From assembly GCA_042565725.1 (NCBI GenBank), contig JBHORK010000001.1:4995-68994 (forward strand): a stretch of DNA of 64,000 bases, given 5' to 3'. Both the position numbers and the translations under genes were made by a program. Source of the DNA: Verrucomicrobiota bacterium. Lineage in GTDB: Bacteria; Verrucomicrobiota; Kiritimatiellia; UBA8416; JBHORK01. This document shows, piece by piece, positions 38,003-47,988 of this stretch. A model generated the notes under the pieces. It worked only from the letters and a program-made list of their open reading frames with translations, was not told the DNA's origin and made no database searches. Within the stretch, counting starts at the first letter, position 1. The number at the start of each line of letters is the position of its first letter.

Positions 38003-38855
38003 AAACAATATCTGCAAAATACCGTTCTGTCTTTCTGAAATAATATAAGCCGAATCCCAGAAGACACATTGCGACAACAAATCCGGTGCCCATAAGAATC
38101 CATGGCGGCCCGACCGCGTGTTCCGCCGTCATCCTGTTGTGCATTAAACACCACCTGAATCCTTCAACAACTCCACCCATAGGGTTTAAACCATACAGGT
38201 ATTTCCATGCCCCCCAGGCTTTGGGTATCTTGCTGAAGGGAATTATTACCGAGCAGAACATCCAGATCTGAATCACAAATGGAATTACATACCTGATGTC
38301 ACGGTATTTTACGTTAAGCGCGGAAAATACAAACCCGGCACCAGCCGCAGTCGCAAAAGCAGTGATGATCAACAATGGCGCGAGAAAAACAGTCATTGCC
38401 GGCAGTGTCTTCAGGAACAACATGAAAAAGATTAGAACGCAAAATGAGAGCGCAAAATCAACAAGTGCGGCTATACATGCGCTTAGCGGCATGAAAAGGC
38501 GGGGCATATAGATTTTTGTGATCAGATTGGCTGAACCCACCAGCGAACTGCTTGCCATGCTTAGAGAAGTCGAGAAATACTGCCAGATTACCAGCCCCGA
38601 GAGATAAAAAAGAAAAGGATGCAGTCCGTCCGACGGCAGTTTCGCGACTCGCCCGAAAAGAAAGTAGAAGATAATAGCGGTTATTGATGGTACCAGTATA
38701 GACCAGGCGATACCAAGCAAGGTTTGTTTGTATTTTACCTTAATGTCACGCAATGTCAGGAAATACAGCAGATCCCTGTATCGCAGCATTTCATTGAAAT
38801 CCAGTGAGATCCAGCCTTTGGGCGGACGTATGCGCGTTATGGGCTTGGCTGTCAT
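38001..38855 (-). CDS. wzm: Polysaccharide ABC exporter permease
   Basis: RDIKVKYKQTLLGIAW, NLITKIYMPR, LNPMGGVVEGFR; 6 TM segments. Confidence 0.93.
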   Translation of the reverse strand: MTAKPITRIRPPKGWISLDFNEMLRYRDLLYFLTLRDIKVKYKQTLLGIAWSILVPSITAIIFYFLFGRVAKLPSDGLHPFLFYLSGLVIWQYFSTSLSMASSSLVGSANLITKIYMPRLFMPLSACIAALVDFALSFCVLIFFMLFLKTLPAMTVFLAPLLIITAFATAAGAGFVFSALNVKYRDIRYVIPFVIQIWMFCSVIIPFSKIPKAWGAWKYLYGLNPMGGVVEGFRWCLMHNRMTAEHAVGPPWILMGTGFVVAMCLLGFGLYYFRKTERYFADIV

Positions 38856-38897
38856 AAGACAAGAATATGCAAGGTAATTAACAAAGTCAAAGCCAAT

Positions 38898-38937
38898 ACG
38901 CGTATCTCGTGAAGCGTATTTTGTATCTCGTATATCG
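38898..38937. repeat. Dispersed heptad-period repeat (reverse copy)
   Basis: CGCGTATCTCGTGAAGCGTATTTTGTATCTCGTATATCG, the reverse complement of the 6093 core. Confidence 0.75.
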
Positions 38938-38987
38938 CCGGCCTTTCCCCTTGTCAGGCACCTTTATATAAATTAAGGTTTAATAAC

Positions 38988-39572
38988 GTGAAAAAGAATA
39001 TATTACACAAATGTTTTTCGGGGCGAAGAACCCTTCTTCTTGTGATCGTGCTGGTTTGTTTTGCGCGGTCTTCTGTTTCTCAGGACACAAATAATCTTCA
39101 AGAAAACAAAGAGAACATAGCTGAGGACCTTAAGGTTAAGGATAAGCCGGACGAGAAAGAATCACAGAAGTCAAAACCCCAGGTTCAGGCAAGTGAGAGG
39201 TTATTTCAGATTGCTTTGGCATTGGAGAAAAAAGAAAACGAACTGACTGAAGCAAAAGCCGAGATTGAGAGGCTGAAAGAAATAATAATAAGAACACGTG
39301 AAACAAGTAGGCGTGAGCGGCTGCGTTTGTGTTACAACCTTGCTTATGTGTATCGGGCGGCAAAAGAATACAAAAAAGCCGAGGCCGAATACAGAAAAGC
39401 ACTGGCAATAAATCCGGATGATTCAGCGGTCCATTTCAATCTTGCCGTTCTTTATGACGACGATCTTAATGACGAAAAACAAGCTGTGAAACATTACAGG
39501 CGATTTCTTGATCTGGCCCCGGAAGACAAAGATGCCCCGCGCGTACGCGAATGGCTTATGGCAATTGAGTAA
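38988..39572 (+). CDS. Exported coiled-coil/TPR protein
   Basis: Signal peptide, coiled coil, and TPR motifs (YNLAYVY...HFNLAVLYDD). Confidence 0.85.
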   Translation: MKKNILHKCFSGRRTLLLVIVLVCFARSSVSQDTNNLQENKENIAEDLKVKDKPDEKESQKSKPQVQASERLFQIALALEKKENELTEAKAEIERLKEIIIRTRETSRRERLRLCYNLAYVYRAAKEYKKAEAEYRKALAINPDDSAVHFNLAVLYDDDLNDEKQAVKHYRRFLDLAPEDKDAPRVREWLMAIE

Positions 39573-39641
39573 CGCTAAATGTAACGGCAATATTCTTTTT
39601 GTATATTGTTGATGGTTTTGTAAAACACTGGGAGGGCTAAA

Positions 39642-40865
39642 ATGAAGCTAAGTCAATGGATTGCAGTAGGGCTATTTACAACACTTCCCTTTGCGGCGAA
39701 ATCCGATAACGCCACGATTACGATCCCATTGGAGCCGGGTGTTGCGGGTCAGCGGGGCGGGGGATCCCAGCGGTTAATCTTTAAAGATAAGAACGAAGCG
39801 AGTATTCCATTTGCGACAAGTTCAGGCAAACTGTTGTTCAAGCTTAATGGCAAAAAAATTACTGTTGACAGCAATTGCGATGGTAAAATTGATAGTGCGG
39901 ACGGTGCAGCCATCGCCGCGGGTGGAAAAACAACGGTTTGCATAAAGACGCATGGCAAAAAACTCGACTATGAGATTCGGGTCAGATATATCCATCAAAA
40001 AATGGCCGCTATCAACGGGGTAACAATTCTCAAGGGGAAATATAACGGTAAAGACATTTCTGTTTTTGATTCCAATGTGAACGGTAAGTTTAATGATCAG
40101 GGTAAGCATGGAAGTGATATAATCTCGCTGGGAGATATAACAAAACGAGACATAACAAAACAACTCCCGATAAGTCCTATTTTCAATCTTGATGGGGAAA
40201 TGCATAATCTTACGTTTGCAGACGGCAAAGCCGAACTGGTATTTACACCCTATACTGGTGATATAGCTGAACTCACCCTGAAAAGCGGCAAAGAGGGTTG
40301 GTTTGGGCAGATGATGCTTACGAAACAGGATGGGACATTTTCAGCAGTGGCTGACTCAACCCGGAAAGCTCAACTTGTTCCCGGTAAATACATTGTTGCC
40401 GGGGGTGTAATATATTCCAAGGGCTCTGTTGGCTATGAGAAAAGCCAGGGATGTCTTTTCGGAGGAGGCGAGGAAGTCACTATTAAAAAGGGTGGCAATG
40501 AATTTAAAATGGGGGCACCGTTCAGGCTGGATTTTCTGGCATATAAATCCAAGCGGGACGCAAATCAGCTGAAAATTAAAAAGGTAGAGATTATAGATGC
40601 CGGGGGAATGAAATACTCTGCGCAATTATACAAAAGCCAGCAAAAAAGTACCTTAAAAAGCTATATAAAGGCTGGCAATAAAAAGAAACTTCTTACAACT
40701 CTGGCGTATGGCTGAGGAGGTCTCAGCGGGAGCACCGTGAGTGTTCCTGAAGACTTTAAAAACCTCAGAAATCTTGAATTAGTAATCGAATTCGAAAGCG
40801 CAGAATTAGGCGATTTTTCTGTCAGTAAGAAAATTGCGGACTTGGCTGTCCCTTCGGCAAGGTGA
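39642..40865 (+). CDS. Exported protein, probable selenoprotein (UGA at 40713-40715 read as Sec)
   Basis: Signal peptide and Dx[DN]xDG-like loops. The ORF track stops at ..LAYG-TGA, but the frame continues for 49 codons and a SECIS-like hairpin follows the UGA. Confidence 0.65.
40720..40754 (+). promoter_or_regulatory. Candidate bacterial SECIS hairpin
   Basis: GTCTCAG-CG-GGAGCAC-CGTGA-GTGTTCC-TGAAGAC; the apical loop is about 20 nt after the UGA, with G at loop position 2. Confidence 0.6.
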
Positions 40866-40933
40866 GCCCGACTGTTCGAAAAGCTGAATTGCGATTATGC
40901 TGTATCACCGGGATTGCTTGGGGTGGGGAACGT

Positions 40934-41953
40934 TTATTTTAGTGATTCTTTTAATGTGACTGGAATCTTCTGTGATTCCTCGGTTTTCTTAGATTTGCCG
41001 TAGCCCGACACCACCATGGTTCCGGCAAGTAAAATACCAATCGTAAGATGTGTAATAATTGTCAGTGCGTTGGCTGGCGCCAGTTCCTTGGGATGATCGT
41101 AGTTTTTAGCTGCCGTAAGCATTGCCTTAGAGGCAAGAATTATTGGCGCGAGTGCTATCAGACAGAGTAAAGGTCCCATACCTTTTAGAACGGCAATAAT
41201 AATGGGAACCATCCATATGCTCATAAGCATAAAGAATACTTTTACCGCGTTACGACGACCCAGACGGACTACCCAGTGCCGTTTCCCTACCGCTTTATCC
41301 GCTTCGTAATCCTGAAATTGATTAATAAACAGAACAGCGGAAATAAGAAATGCAATAGGCAAAGAGAAGAGAACAATATCCCATCGGAATTGTCCTGTTT
41401 GTATAAAGTACGCGCCTACCACCGGTAGAATACCGAAATTGATGCCGATAACAAGTTCTCCTATCCCTCTTGATACAAGGAAAAATGGCGGTGCCGTGTA
41501 GAAGAACCCGCCCAGGACGCCGATAATGCCCAATACAAGAATGAAGACCCCCGCCTGCGATACAAGGTAGAGACCTATTGCGCTCCCGACAGCGAAACAG
41601 ACAAGAGAAAGACCTAGAACCTCGCGGGGAGTAAGAAGTTTGTTTTGAATCATGCGGCTTCCGCCGGTGAAAGGTCTGACAAAATCCACGTTTTTTTCAT
41701 CATTGCCGTTAATGTGGTCGAAGTAGTCATTGGCAACATTCGCGCCGGCATGAATAAGAGTCATTGCGGCCAGTGTTAGCAAGAATAGGGGCCAATGCCA
41801 GTTTCCGGTATGATAAAAGGCCAGTGAAGTGCCCAGCAATATTGGCACTATTGATCCGGTGAAAAAAGGAGCCCTTAATTCCATCAGGAATAATAGCGCT
41901 TTGGGTGGTCGTGGTTTCTTGTTTGAAGATTCGTTGTTTTCTTTCATTGTCAC
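40934..41953 (-). CDS. menA: 1,4-dihydroxy-2-naphthoate polyprenyltransferase
   Basis: UbiA fold with NVANDYFD, FTGGS, YTAPPF and NQFQDYEADKAVGK. Confidence 0.88.
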   Translation of the reverse strand: MTMKENNESSNKKPRPPKALLFLMELRAPFFTGSIVPILLGTSLAFYHTGNWHWPLFLLTLAAMTLIHAGANVANDYFDHINGNDEKNVDFVRPFTGGSRMIQNKLLTPREVLGLSLVCFAVGSAIGLYLVSQAGVFILVLGIIGVLGGFFYTAPPFFLVSRGIGELVIGINFGILPVVGAYFIQTGQFRWDIVLFSLPIAFLISAVLFINQFQDYEADKAVGKRHWVVRLGRRNAVKVFFMLMSIWMVPIIIAVLKGMGPLLCLIALAPIILASKAMLTAAKNYDHPKELAPANALTIITHLTIGILLAGTMVVSGYGKSKKTEESQKIPVTLKESLK

Positions 41954-42068
41954 AGAGAAAGATAGTCCAATTTCGTTAAAGCTGACAAGAGCTTTTTGTC
42001 GTAAAATGTTTGATGTACTAATGCTTAGTTGTTAGGCTCCCCGCAGGTTTTGAAATTAAAAGAAAAAA

Positions 42069-43043
42069 ATGATACTCGAAGAAATATACAAGAACATAGA
42101 GAGTGACTTGAAGTTAGTGGAAAAGCGTCTTCCCGAAATGTCACAGTCAAAGAATTCTGTTATTTCGCAGGCCGTTATGCAGATTTTTAATGGTGGCGGC
42201 AAACGTTTGCGTCCCGCATTACTGTTGATGGCGGCCAGAGCGTGCGGCTATACAGGGGAAGGGGGCGTTGACCTGGCAGTAGCGGTTGAGCTTATGCATA
42301 CCGCCAGTCTTGTCCATGATGATGTAATAGATAATGCCGACAAACGAAGGTCAACTTCTACAATCAATTTTAGATGGGGCAACAAAACCGCAATACTTGT
42401 GGGCGACCATCTTTATTCTAAAGTAATTTGTATTCTGGCCGAAAACGGGAATATTGATATGATGCAATGTGTTGCGTCCGCTGCCTGTTCCATGACAGAG
42501 AGTGAGATGACTCAGAGCCTCTGGCGTAATGATATAAACGTGACGGAAGATAAATATCTTTCAATCGTAAAAGGTAAAACATCTGCCTTGATGTCTTGTT
42601 CGTGTCGTGTCGGTGCAATGCTGGCTGAGAATTGTAACGGAGAGATGGATATTCTAGGTGATTATGGCTTAAATCTTGGCATGGCTTTTCAGATAACGGA
42701 TGACCTTCTCGATATTATCGGTGAAGAAAGGAAAGTAGGTAAGCCGTTGTTGAAAGATATTCGGGAGGGTAATTTAACGTTACCGTTCATTTATGCCGCA
42801 GGTAAAGCCGTGGAGAAAGATAGAGAATGGATGATGGAGAAGTTTAGAACAGGGCAGATAGATGAGAACAGTCTGGCAAGGATAAACGATATTGTCCGGG
42901 ATTATGGCGGGATAAAGTATAGCCTTGGTAAGGCTTTGGAATATGGCAGGATTTGTAAGGAAAAGCTTGAGAAACTCCCGGAATCTGATAGCAGGACATC
43001 ACTGTATAAACTGGTTGATTATGTGATCGAAAGAGTTTCGTAG
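42069..43043 (+). CDS. Polyprenyl diphosphate synthase (HepT/IspB-like)
   Basis: GGKRLRP, SLVHDDVID..RR and AFQITDDLLD. Confidence 0.93.
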   Translation: MILEEIYKNIESDLKLVEKRLPEMSQSKNSVISQAVMQIFNGGGKRLRPALLLMAARACGYTGEGGVDLAVAVELMHTASLVHDDVIDNADKRRSTSTINFRWGNKTAILVGDHLYSKVICILAENGNIDMMQCVASAACSMTESEMTQSLWRNDINVTEDKYLSIVKGKTSALMSCSCRVGAMLAENCNGEMDILGDYGLNLGMAFQITDDLLDIIGEERKVGKPLLKDIREGNLTLPFIYAAGKAVEKDREWMMEKFRTGQIDENSLARINDIVRDYGGIKYSLGKALEYGRICKEKLEKLPESDSRTSLYKLVDYVIERVS

Positions 43044-43112
43044 TTGTCTTTTTTAGGCCGATTTTATTTAAAACATTTTCCTTCTATTCTTTTACATGCT
43101 ACAATTAAAAAT

Positions 43113-43289
43113 ATGTATGATTTCCTGATTACTTTACTTTTAGCTGCAATATTGTTTCTTCTCAGTTTTGCCGCAATGGCAATAGGTCTTCTTGTCCGCG
43201 GCAGAAAACTGAGAGGCGGATGCGGCACCAAACCGAATGATTCCAGGGAACTGGACAAAAAATGCTGTAGTTGTAAATCGACTAATTAG
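43113..43289 (+). CDS. nqrM: Na+-NQR maturation factor NqrM-like protein
   Basis: One TM segment, then MAIGLL..RKLRGGCG and a Cys-rich tail; adjacent to nqrF. Start MYDFL at 43113. Confidence 0.7.
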   Translation: MYDFLITLLLAAILFLLSFAAMAIGLLVRGRKLRGGCGTKPNDSRELDKKCCSCKSTN

Positions 43290-43296
43290 CAAATTT

Positions 43297-44523
43297 CTAG
43301 AATTCATCGTATGCAATCATCTCAGGCTCAACACCCAAGTCATAAAGCATCTTGTTGACGGCACTTAGCATCAATGGTGGTCCGCACAGATAATATTCTA
43401 CCTCTGTCGGGTCCTCATGCTTATCGAGATAATTATCAAGCAGAACTTGATGAATAAAACCTGTATACCCGTCCCAATTATCTTCCGGTTGAGGGTCGCT
43501 AAGCGCTATGTTGAAATTGAAATTGTCAAAGTTTTTTTCAATTTCACGGAAATCTTCTTCGTAAAAAATTTCGCGTTTTGATCGGGCGCCATACCAGAAG
43601 CTGACCTTCCGGTTTGTTTTCTTTGTGTGGAATAAATCAAAGATATGACTTCTCATAGGCGCCATGCCTGCACCGCCGCCTATAAAGACAATTTCACGAT
43701 CCGTATCTTTAAGGAAGAATTCACCGTATGGCCCACTGATCATGACCTTGTCGCCTGGTTTCATGTTAAATATGTAGGATGACGCTATTCCGGGAGGCAC
43801 ATCCATTCCTTTGGGAGGTGTGGCTATTCGTATATTCAATATAACACAGTTTCCTTCGGCAGGATGATTTGCCATTGAGTAAGCCCTGAAGCATCCTTCC
43901 TCATTTTGCGTTTTCAAGTCAAAGAATTTAAAATGTTCCCAGTCATTTCTGTACTGATTCTCAATATCGTAATCGGAAAAAGAAAGTTTGTATTTAGGTA
44001 TGTCAATTTGGATATAGCCGCCCGCCTTGAAGTTAAGGTCTTCGCCCTTGGGTAGATCAACGATGAACTCTTTTATAAAGGTTGCTACATTGTTATTTGA
44101 TCTGACAGTGCATTCCCATTTCTTTACATCAAGAATTTCTTCGGGAACCTCTATTTTTAAATCCTCTCTGACTTTGACCTGACAGGCAAGTCGCATGCCG
44201 CGTCTGCGGTCGGTTTTTTTTATGAAACCTGTCTCAGTGGGCAGGATCTGGCCGCCGCCCTCCAGGATCAGGCATTTGCACATTCCGCATGTGCCGCCGC
44301 CGCCACAGGCTGAGGGAATAAAAACTTCTTTCTCTACCAATGCCGATAAGAGTGTTTGTCCCGGACTTACGCTTACTGTTTTCTTTCCGTCATTTATATG
44401 GATATTGGCCGAACCGCCGGGTGATAAACGGCTGGATATAAAAGATAAAACAATAACCAGAAGAACTATAACTCCGGTAAAAACAATTGTACTGGTAATT
44501 ACAAATATAGGATCAATAGACAT
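43297..44523 (-). CDS. nqrF: Na+-translocating NADH:quinone reductase subunit F
   Basis: [12 protein letters not shown] (2Fe-2S), [19 protein letters not shown] and YLCGPP. Confidence 0.97.
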   Translation of the reverse strand: MSIDPIFVITSTIVFTGVIVLLVIVLSFISSRLSPGGSANIHINDGKKTVSVSPGQTLLSALVEKEVFIPSACGGGGTCGMCKCLILEGGGQILPTETGFIKKTDRRRGMRLACQVKVREDLKIEVPEEILDVKKWECTVRSNNNVATFIKEFIVDLPKGEDLNFKAGGYIQIDIPKYKLSFSDYDIENQYRNDWEHFKFFDLKTQNEEGCFRAYSMANHPAEGNCVILNIRIATPPKGMDVPPGIASSYIFNMKPGDKVMISGPYGEFFLKDTDREIVFIGGGAGMAPMRSHIFDLFHTKKTNRKVSFWYGARSKREIFYEEDFREIEKNFDNFNFNIALSDPQPEDNWDGYTGFIHQVLLDNYLDKHEDPTEVEYYLCGPPLMLSAVNKMLYDLGVEPEMIAYDEF

Positions 44524-44670
44524 GTTCTTAGTTCTTAGTTACTTTCTGTTCAAATCCTTCTTCTTGTATATCCTGCCTCATCTGTTTTATCTAGTCCGGC
44601 TTTGCCGGACGGGCGGTTAGCTTTCTTTTTTCTTTCGCCGTGTCTCCGTTTCCCCGCTTCACTCTCATCT

Positions 44671-45291
44671 TCATCCCCCCAGATTTATTCCGGAAAAACA
44701 CAGGAAGCCAATAGCCATTAATCCTGTAACTATAAAAGCTATCCCAAGACCACGCAGTCCTTCAGGAACGTTGGAGTATCGTATTTTCTTGCGAATAGCT
44801 GCCAACAGCAGGATTGCCAGCGCCCATCCAACACCGGAAGATGAGCCAAATACAATTGATTCGGAAAACGTGTAATTACGCTGATCCATGAAAAGGGACG
44901 CACCGAGAATTGCGCAGTTAACGGTGATCAGCGGCAGAAAGATTCCCAGAGTGTTGTAGAGTGCCGGAAAAAAGCGATCGATGACCATTTCTACAATCTG
45001 TACCAGTGACGCAATAACAGCGATAAAACAAATAAAAGTAAGAAATGATAAATCCAGATTGGCCAGAGCATCTGCGCCAGTCCAGCTCAGAGCGCCTTTT
45101 GCAAGCAGGAATTCTTTGATTGCCCAGTTCAGGGGCGCAGAAATTGTCAGTACAAAAATAACGGCAAGGCCTAATCCTGTGGCCGATTCTATCTTCTTTG
45201 ACTGCGCCAGGTATGAACACATGCCCAGGAAATAGGCAAGGAGAATGTTTTTAATTAAAATTGATTCAATTGCTAAATTCAACAAATGCAT
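44671..45291 (-). CDS. nqrE: Na+-NQR subunit E
   Basis: [24 protein letters not shown] and GLRGLGI. Confidence 0.96.
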   Translation of the reverse strand: MHLLNLAIESILIKNILLAYFLGMCSYLAQSKKIESATGLGLAVIFVLTISAPLNWAIKEFLLAKGALSWTGADALANLDLSFLTFICFIAVIASLVQIVEMVIDRFFPALYNTLGIFLPLITVNCAILGASLFMDQRNYTFSESIVFGSSSGVGWALAILLLAAIRKKIRYSNVPEGLRGLGIAFIVTGLMAIGFLCFSGINLGG

Positions 45292-45376
45292 TTCTTTTCC
45301 TTGTTCTTTCTCTCTTCGCGGCTATTTACTCTTCTCCGCACCCTCTGCGTGCTCTGCGAGATATCCTCTCCACTTA

Positions 45377-45988
45377 TTATTCTTCTTCTCTCAATTGCTT
45401 TGAAATAAATGTGCGCTGGAACCATATTAACAGCCCTATAACAATAAAAGCGCCCGGCGGAAGCAGCATCAATACATTGCTTGGATAATATTTAGTGCTC
45501 AAAATCTGGAACCCCAGCAATGTTCCCGCACCAAGGAGTTCTCTGAATGACGCCACCAGAACAAGGATCAGGCTGTATCCCAATCCATTGCCAAGCCCAT
45601 CCATAATCGATTCCAGCGGGGGGTTTTGAAGAGCAAACGCTTCCGCTCTGCCCATAACTATACAGTTGGTGATGATCAAGCCGACAAAGACGCTGAGCTG
45701 TTTACTTACATCATACATTTTAGCTTTGAGTATCTGGTCGGCAATAATAACTAACGTTGCGATCACACAAAGTTCGACGATCATACGGATTTTGGAAGGA
45801 ATATATTTTCGAAGCAGTGAAATGACCAGATTGGACAAAACCAGAACAAACGTAAGGGCAGCACTCATCACAAGAGCTGTCTTGACCTGTGTTGTAACGG
45901 CCAGGGCCGAACAGACACCCAGAACCTGCCATGTGATAGGATTGTTATCCGCAAGCGGATCTTTTACGATCTTCTTGAGTTTACCCAT
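45377..45988 (-). CDS. nqrD: Na+-NQR subunit D
   Basis: [18 protein letters not shown] and [18 protein letters not shown]. Confidence 0.96.
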   Translation of the reverse strand: MGKLKKIVKDPLADNNPITWQVLGVCSALAVTTQVKTALVMSAALTFVLVLSNLVISLLRKYIPSKIRMIVELCVIATLVIIADQILKAKMYDVSKQLSVFVGLIITNCIVMGRAEAFALQNPPLESIMDGLGNGLGYSLILVLVASFRELLGAGTLLGFQILSTKYYPSNVLMLLPPGAFIVIGLLIWFQRTFISKQLREEE

Positions 45989-46717
45989 TTATTTTAACTT
46001 TCTCGATTTTTCAAAATATTTGTTGTAAACAGCAAAATCACTGTTCAGGAAATTAGCAACACCTTTGCAGGTCATTGTGGCAGCAGTGATGCCGTCAACA
46101 CAATGGTCGTCGCCTTTTGTGCCGGGCTTGATGACTCTAAATTCTTTTACTACACCATTTTCGATGAAGGTTTTGCCTTTAAAACCGTTCTGAAAGAAAT
46201 CTTTTTCAATCTCACCGCCTAATCCAGGCGTTTCCTGGTGCTCGTAAAAAGCTATGCCGGCAATTGTGAAGAGATCATCTTCCATGGCAAGATAGCCTTT
46301 AATTAAAGACCACAGTCCTTTTCCGCTTACATGAATTCCGTAAAGTTTCCTGCCGGAATTAAGGTCTGTATAAGTATAAAGGGGATAATATTGCTTAAGG
46401 CCGTCTTCATCACGGGTATTTATTTGTTCTTCCGTCAGACTGCCGACGGACAGATCTACAAGGTTGCCATTATTGTCAAGCACTTCGCCTTTGACTTGAG
46501 CATCAAAAATCTCTTCTATTTCTTTAGACGTTTTAGTGATTCTCCCTTTATCGTCTGAAATATCAACACCGAATGCTGTAAGCACTTTTACCTTCATATC
46601 AACGACTTTGTTGCGATCCTGCTCGCTTTTCAGGCCCGAATATACCGCGGCAAGGAGCAGACTGCATACCAGACAAATGATTGCAGCGAAACCGATCGTT
46701 TTAAGTTCTTTACCCAT
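45989..46717 (-). CDS. nqrC: Na+-NQR subunit C
   Basis: Start MGKELK; GKGLWS, ETPGLGGEI and FMN site VDGITAATMT. Confidence 0.94.
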   Translation of the reverse strand: MGKELKTIGFAAIICLVCSLLLAAVYSGLKSEQDRNKVVDMKVKVLTAFGVDISDDKGRITKTSKEIEEIFDAQVKGEVLDNNGNLVDLSVGSLTEEQINTRDEDGLKQYYPLYTYTDLNSGRKLYGIHVSGKGLWSLIKGYLAMEDDLFTIAGIAFYEHQETPGLGGEIEKDFFQNGFKGKTFIENGVVKEFRVIKPGTKGDDHCVDGITAATMTCKGVANFLNSDFAVYNKYFEKSRKLK

Positions 46718-47873
46718 GTATTGTTCTCCTCCTGATATGGGCGGCAACAACATAATGGTCAATAAGCGGCGCCACAATATTCATAAACAGTATGGAAAGC
46801 ATAACGCCTTCTGGGAATGCAGGATTTGCTACACGGATAATAACAATAAGCATGCCGATCATAAAACCATAGATCCATTTGCCTATATTAGTTGCCGCAG
46901 CAGAAACAGGATCTGTAGCCATGAAAAACGCGCCGAAAGCAAAGCCGCCCATTACCAGATGATAATGCGGAGGGATGGTGCTGTTGCCCGTCAAATTGAA
47001 AAGAAGACCTGTACCCAGAAGTCCGATAACACACGAAAGCATAATCCGCCAGGAGCCAACACCGGTGATCAGAAGTATTACGGCGCCTATCAGGCAGGCA
47101 ATCGCAGATGTTTCGCCTATACTGCCCGGCATGTTGCCTATCAACATGGATTTGAATGTGTAACCGGCATTACTCAGCATATTAACTGCCGTTGCGTCCT
47201 TGGGCATATCGAGGAGGATACCCAGCGGAGTAGCAGTTGTTACTCCGTCGACCAACTCGCCTCCACTTTTCAGAGCAATCCAGACATCTCCTACCATATA
47301 TTGCGAGTACGCGAAAAAGAGAAACGCCCGCGACATCAGGGCAGGATTCACGATATTCATGCCCGTGCCTCCGAATATTTCTTTGCCTATAACTACACCG
47401 AAAGAAATGCCTACAGCAACCTGCCAGAGAGGAATTGTTGGCGGAAGAATTAAAGGGAACAACAGTCCTGTGACCAGTAGCCCTTCGTTGATTTCATGTT
47501 TTTTTATGCATGCGAACATCACTTCCCAAAAACCGCCTACGCCGTATGAGACAATTACAATAGGCATAACGATGAAAAGGCCGCGTAATATGTCTGCAAT
47601 AAAACCTGTTGAAGCTCCAATATTCGCAAGGTTGTACTGATGTCCCGCATTCCATACACCAAAAAAGAAACAAGGCAGAACGGCATAGATAACTGTCACC
47701 ATAATACGTTTCATGTCTGCCGCATCACGCACATGGGTGCCCTTATCGGTAACAGCAGGGGAGGTAAACGTAAATGCGTCACCAGCCTCAAACAGCGGTT
47801 CTAACTTCTCAAGCTTGCCGCCCTTTGCAAATAAAGGTTTAATCTTATCGTTGATTTTCAATAAAAACTTCAT
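46710..47873 (-). CDS. nqrB: Na+-NQR subunit B
   Basis: HVRDAADMKRIM, KEIFGGTG, FMN site DGVTTATPL and FMATDPVS. Confidence 0.96.
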   Translation of the reverse strand: MKFLLKINDKIKPLFAKGGKLEKLEPLFEAGDAFTFTSPAVTDKGTHVRDAADMKRIMVTVIYAVLPCFFFGVWNAGHQYNLANIGASTGFIADILRGLFIVMPIVIVSYGVGGFWEVMFACIKKHEINEGLLVTGLLFPLILPPTIPLWQVAVGISFGVVIGKEIFGGTGMNIVNPALMSRAFLFFAYSQYMVGDVWIALKSGGELVDGVTTATPLGILLDMPKDATAVNMLSNAGYTFKSMLIGNMPGSIGETSAIACLIGAVILLITGVGSWRIMLSCVIGLLGTGLLFNLTGNSTIPPHYHLVMGGFAFGAFFMATDPVSAAATNIGKWIYGFMIGMLIVIIRVANPAFPEGVMLSILFMNIVAPLIDHYVVAAHIRRRTIHG

Positions 47874-47901
47874 CTGGCTTTCGTTCTTCGTTTTCTTTTT
47901 C

Positions 47902-47931
47902 TTAATCCTGTTAGATCCTGTTGATCCTGTC
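47902..47931. repeat. Nonamer-period repeat (ATCCTGTTr); reverse copy at 62128..62154
   Basis: TTAATCCTGTTAGATCCTGTTGATCCTGTC compared with GACAGGATTAACAGGATCTACAGGATG. Confidence 0.75.
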
Positions 47932-47988
47932 TGAAAGTCTTCCCTTTTAGTAAATAACTGTTAACAATTAACTGCGCGCCCCGCGCTC

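Noticed and set aside
40863-40865. Second in-frame TGA as another Sec codon
   Set aside because: Read-through would run antisense into menA and I see no convincing hairpin after it; treated as the true stop.
46536-47453. 305-aa plus-strand ORF
   Set aside because: Antisense shadow of nqrB/nqrC.
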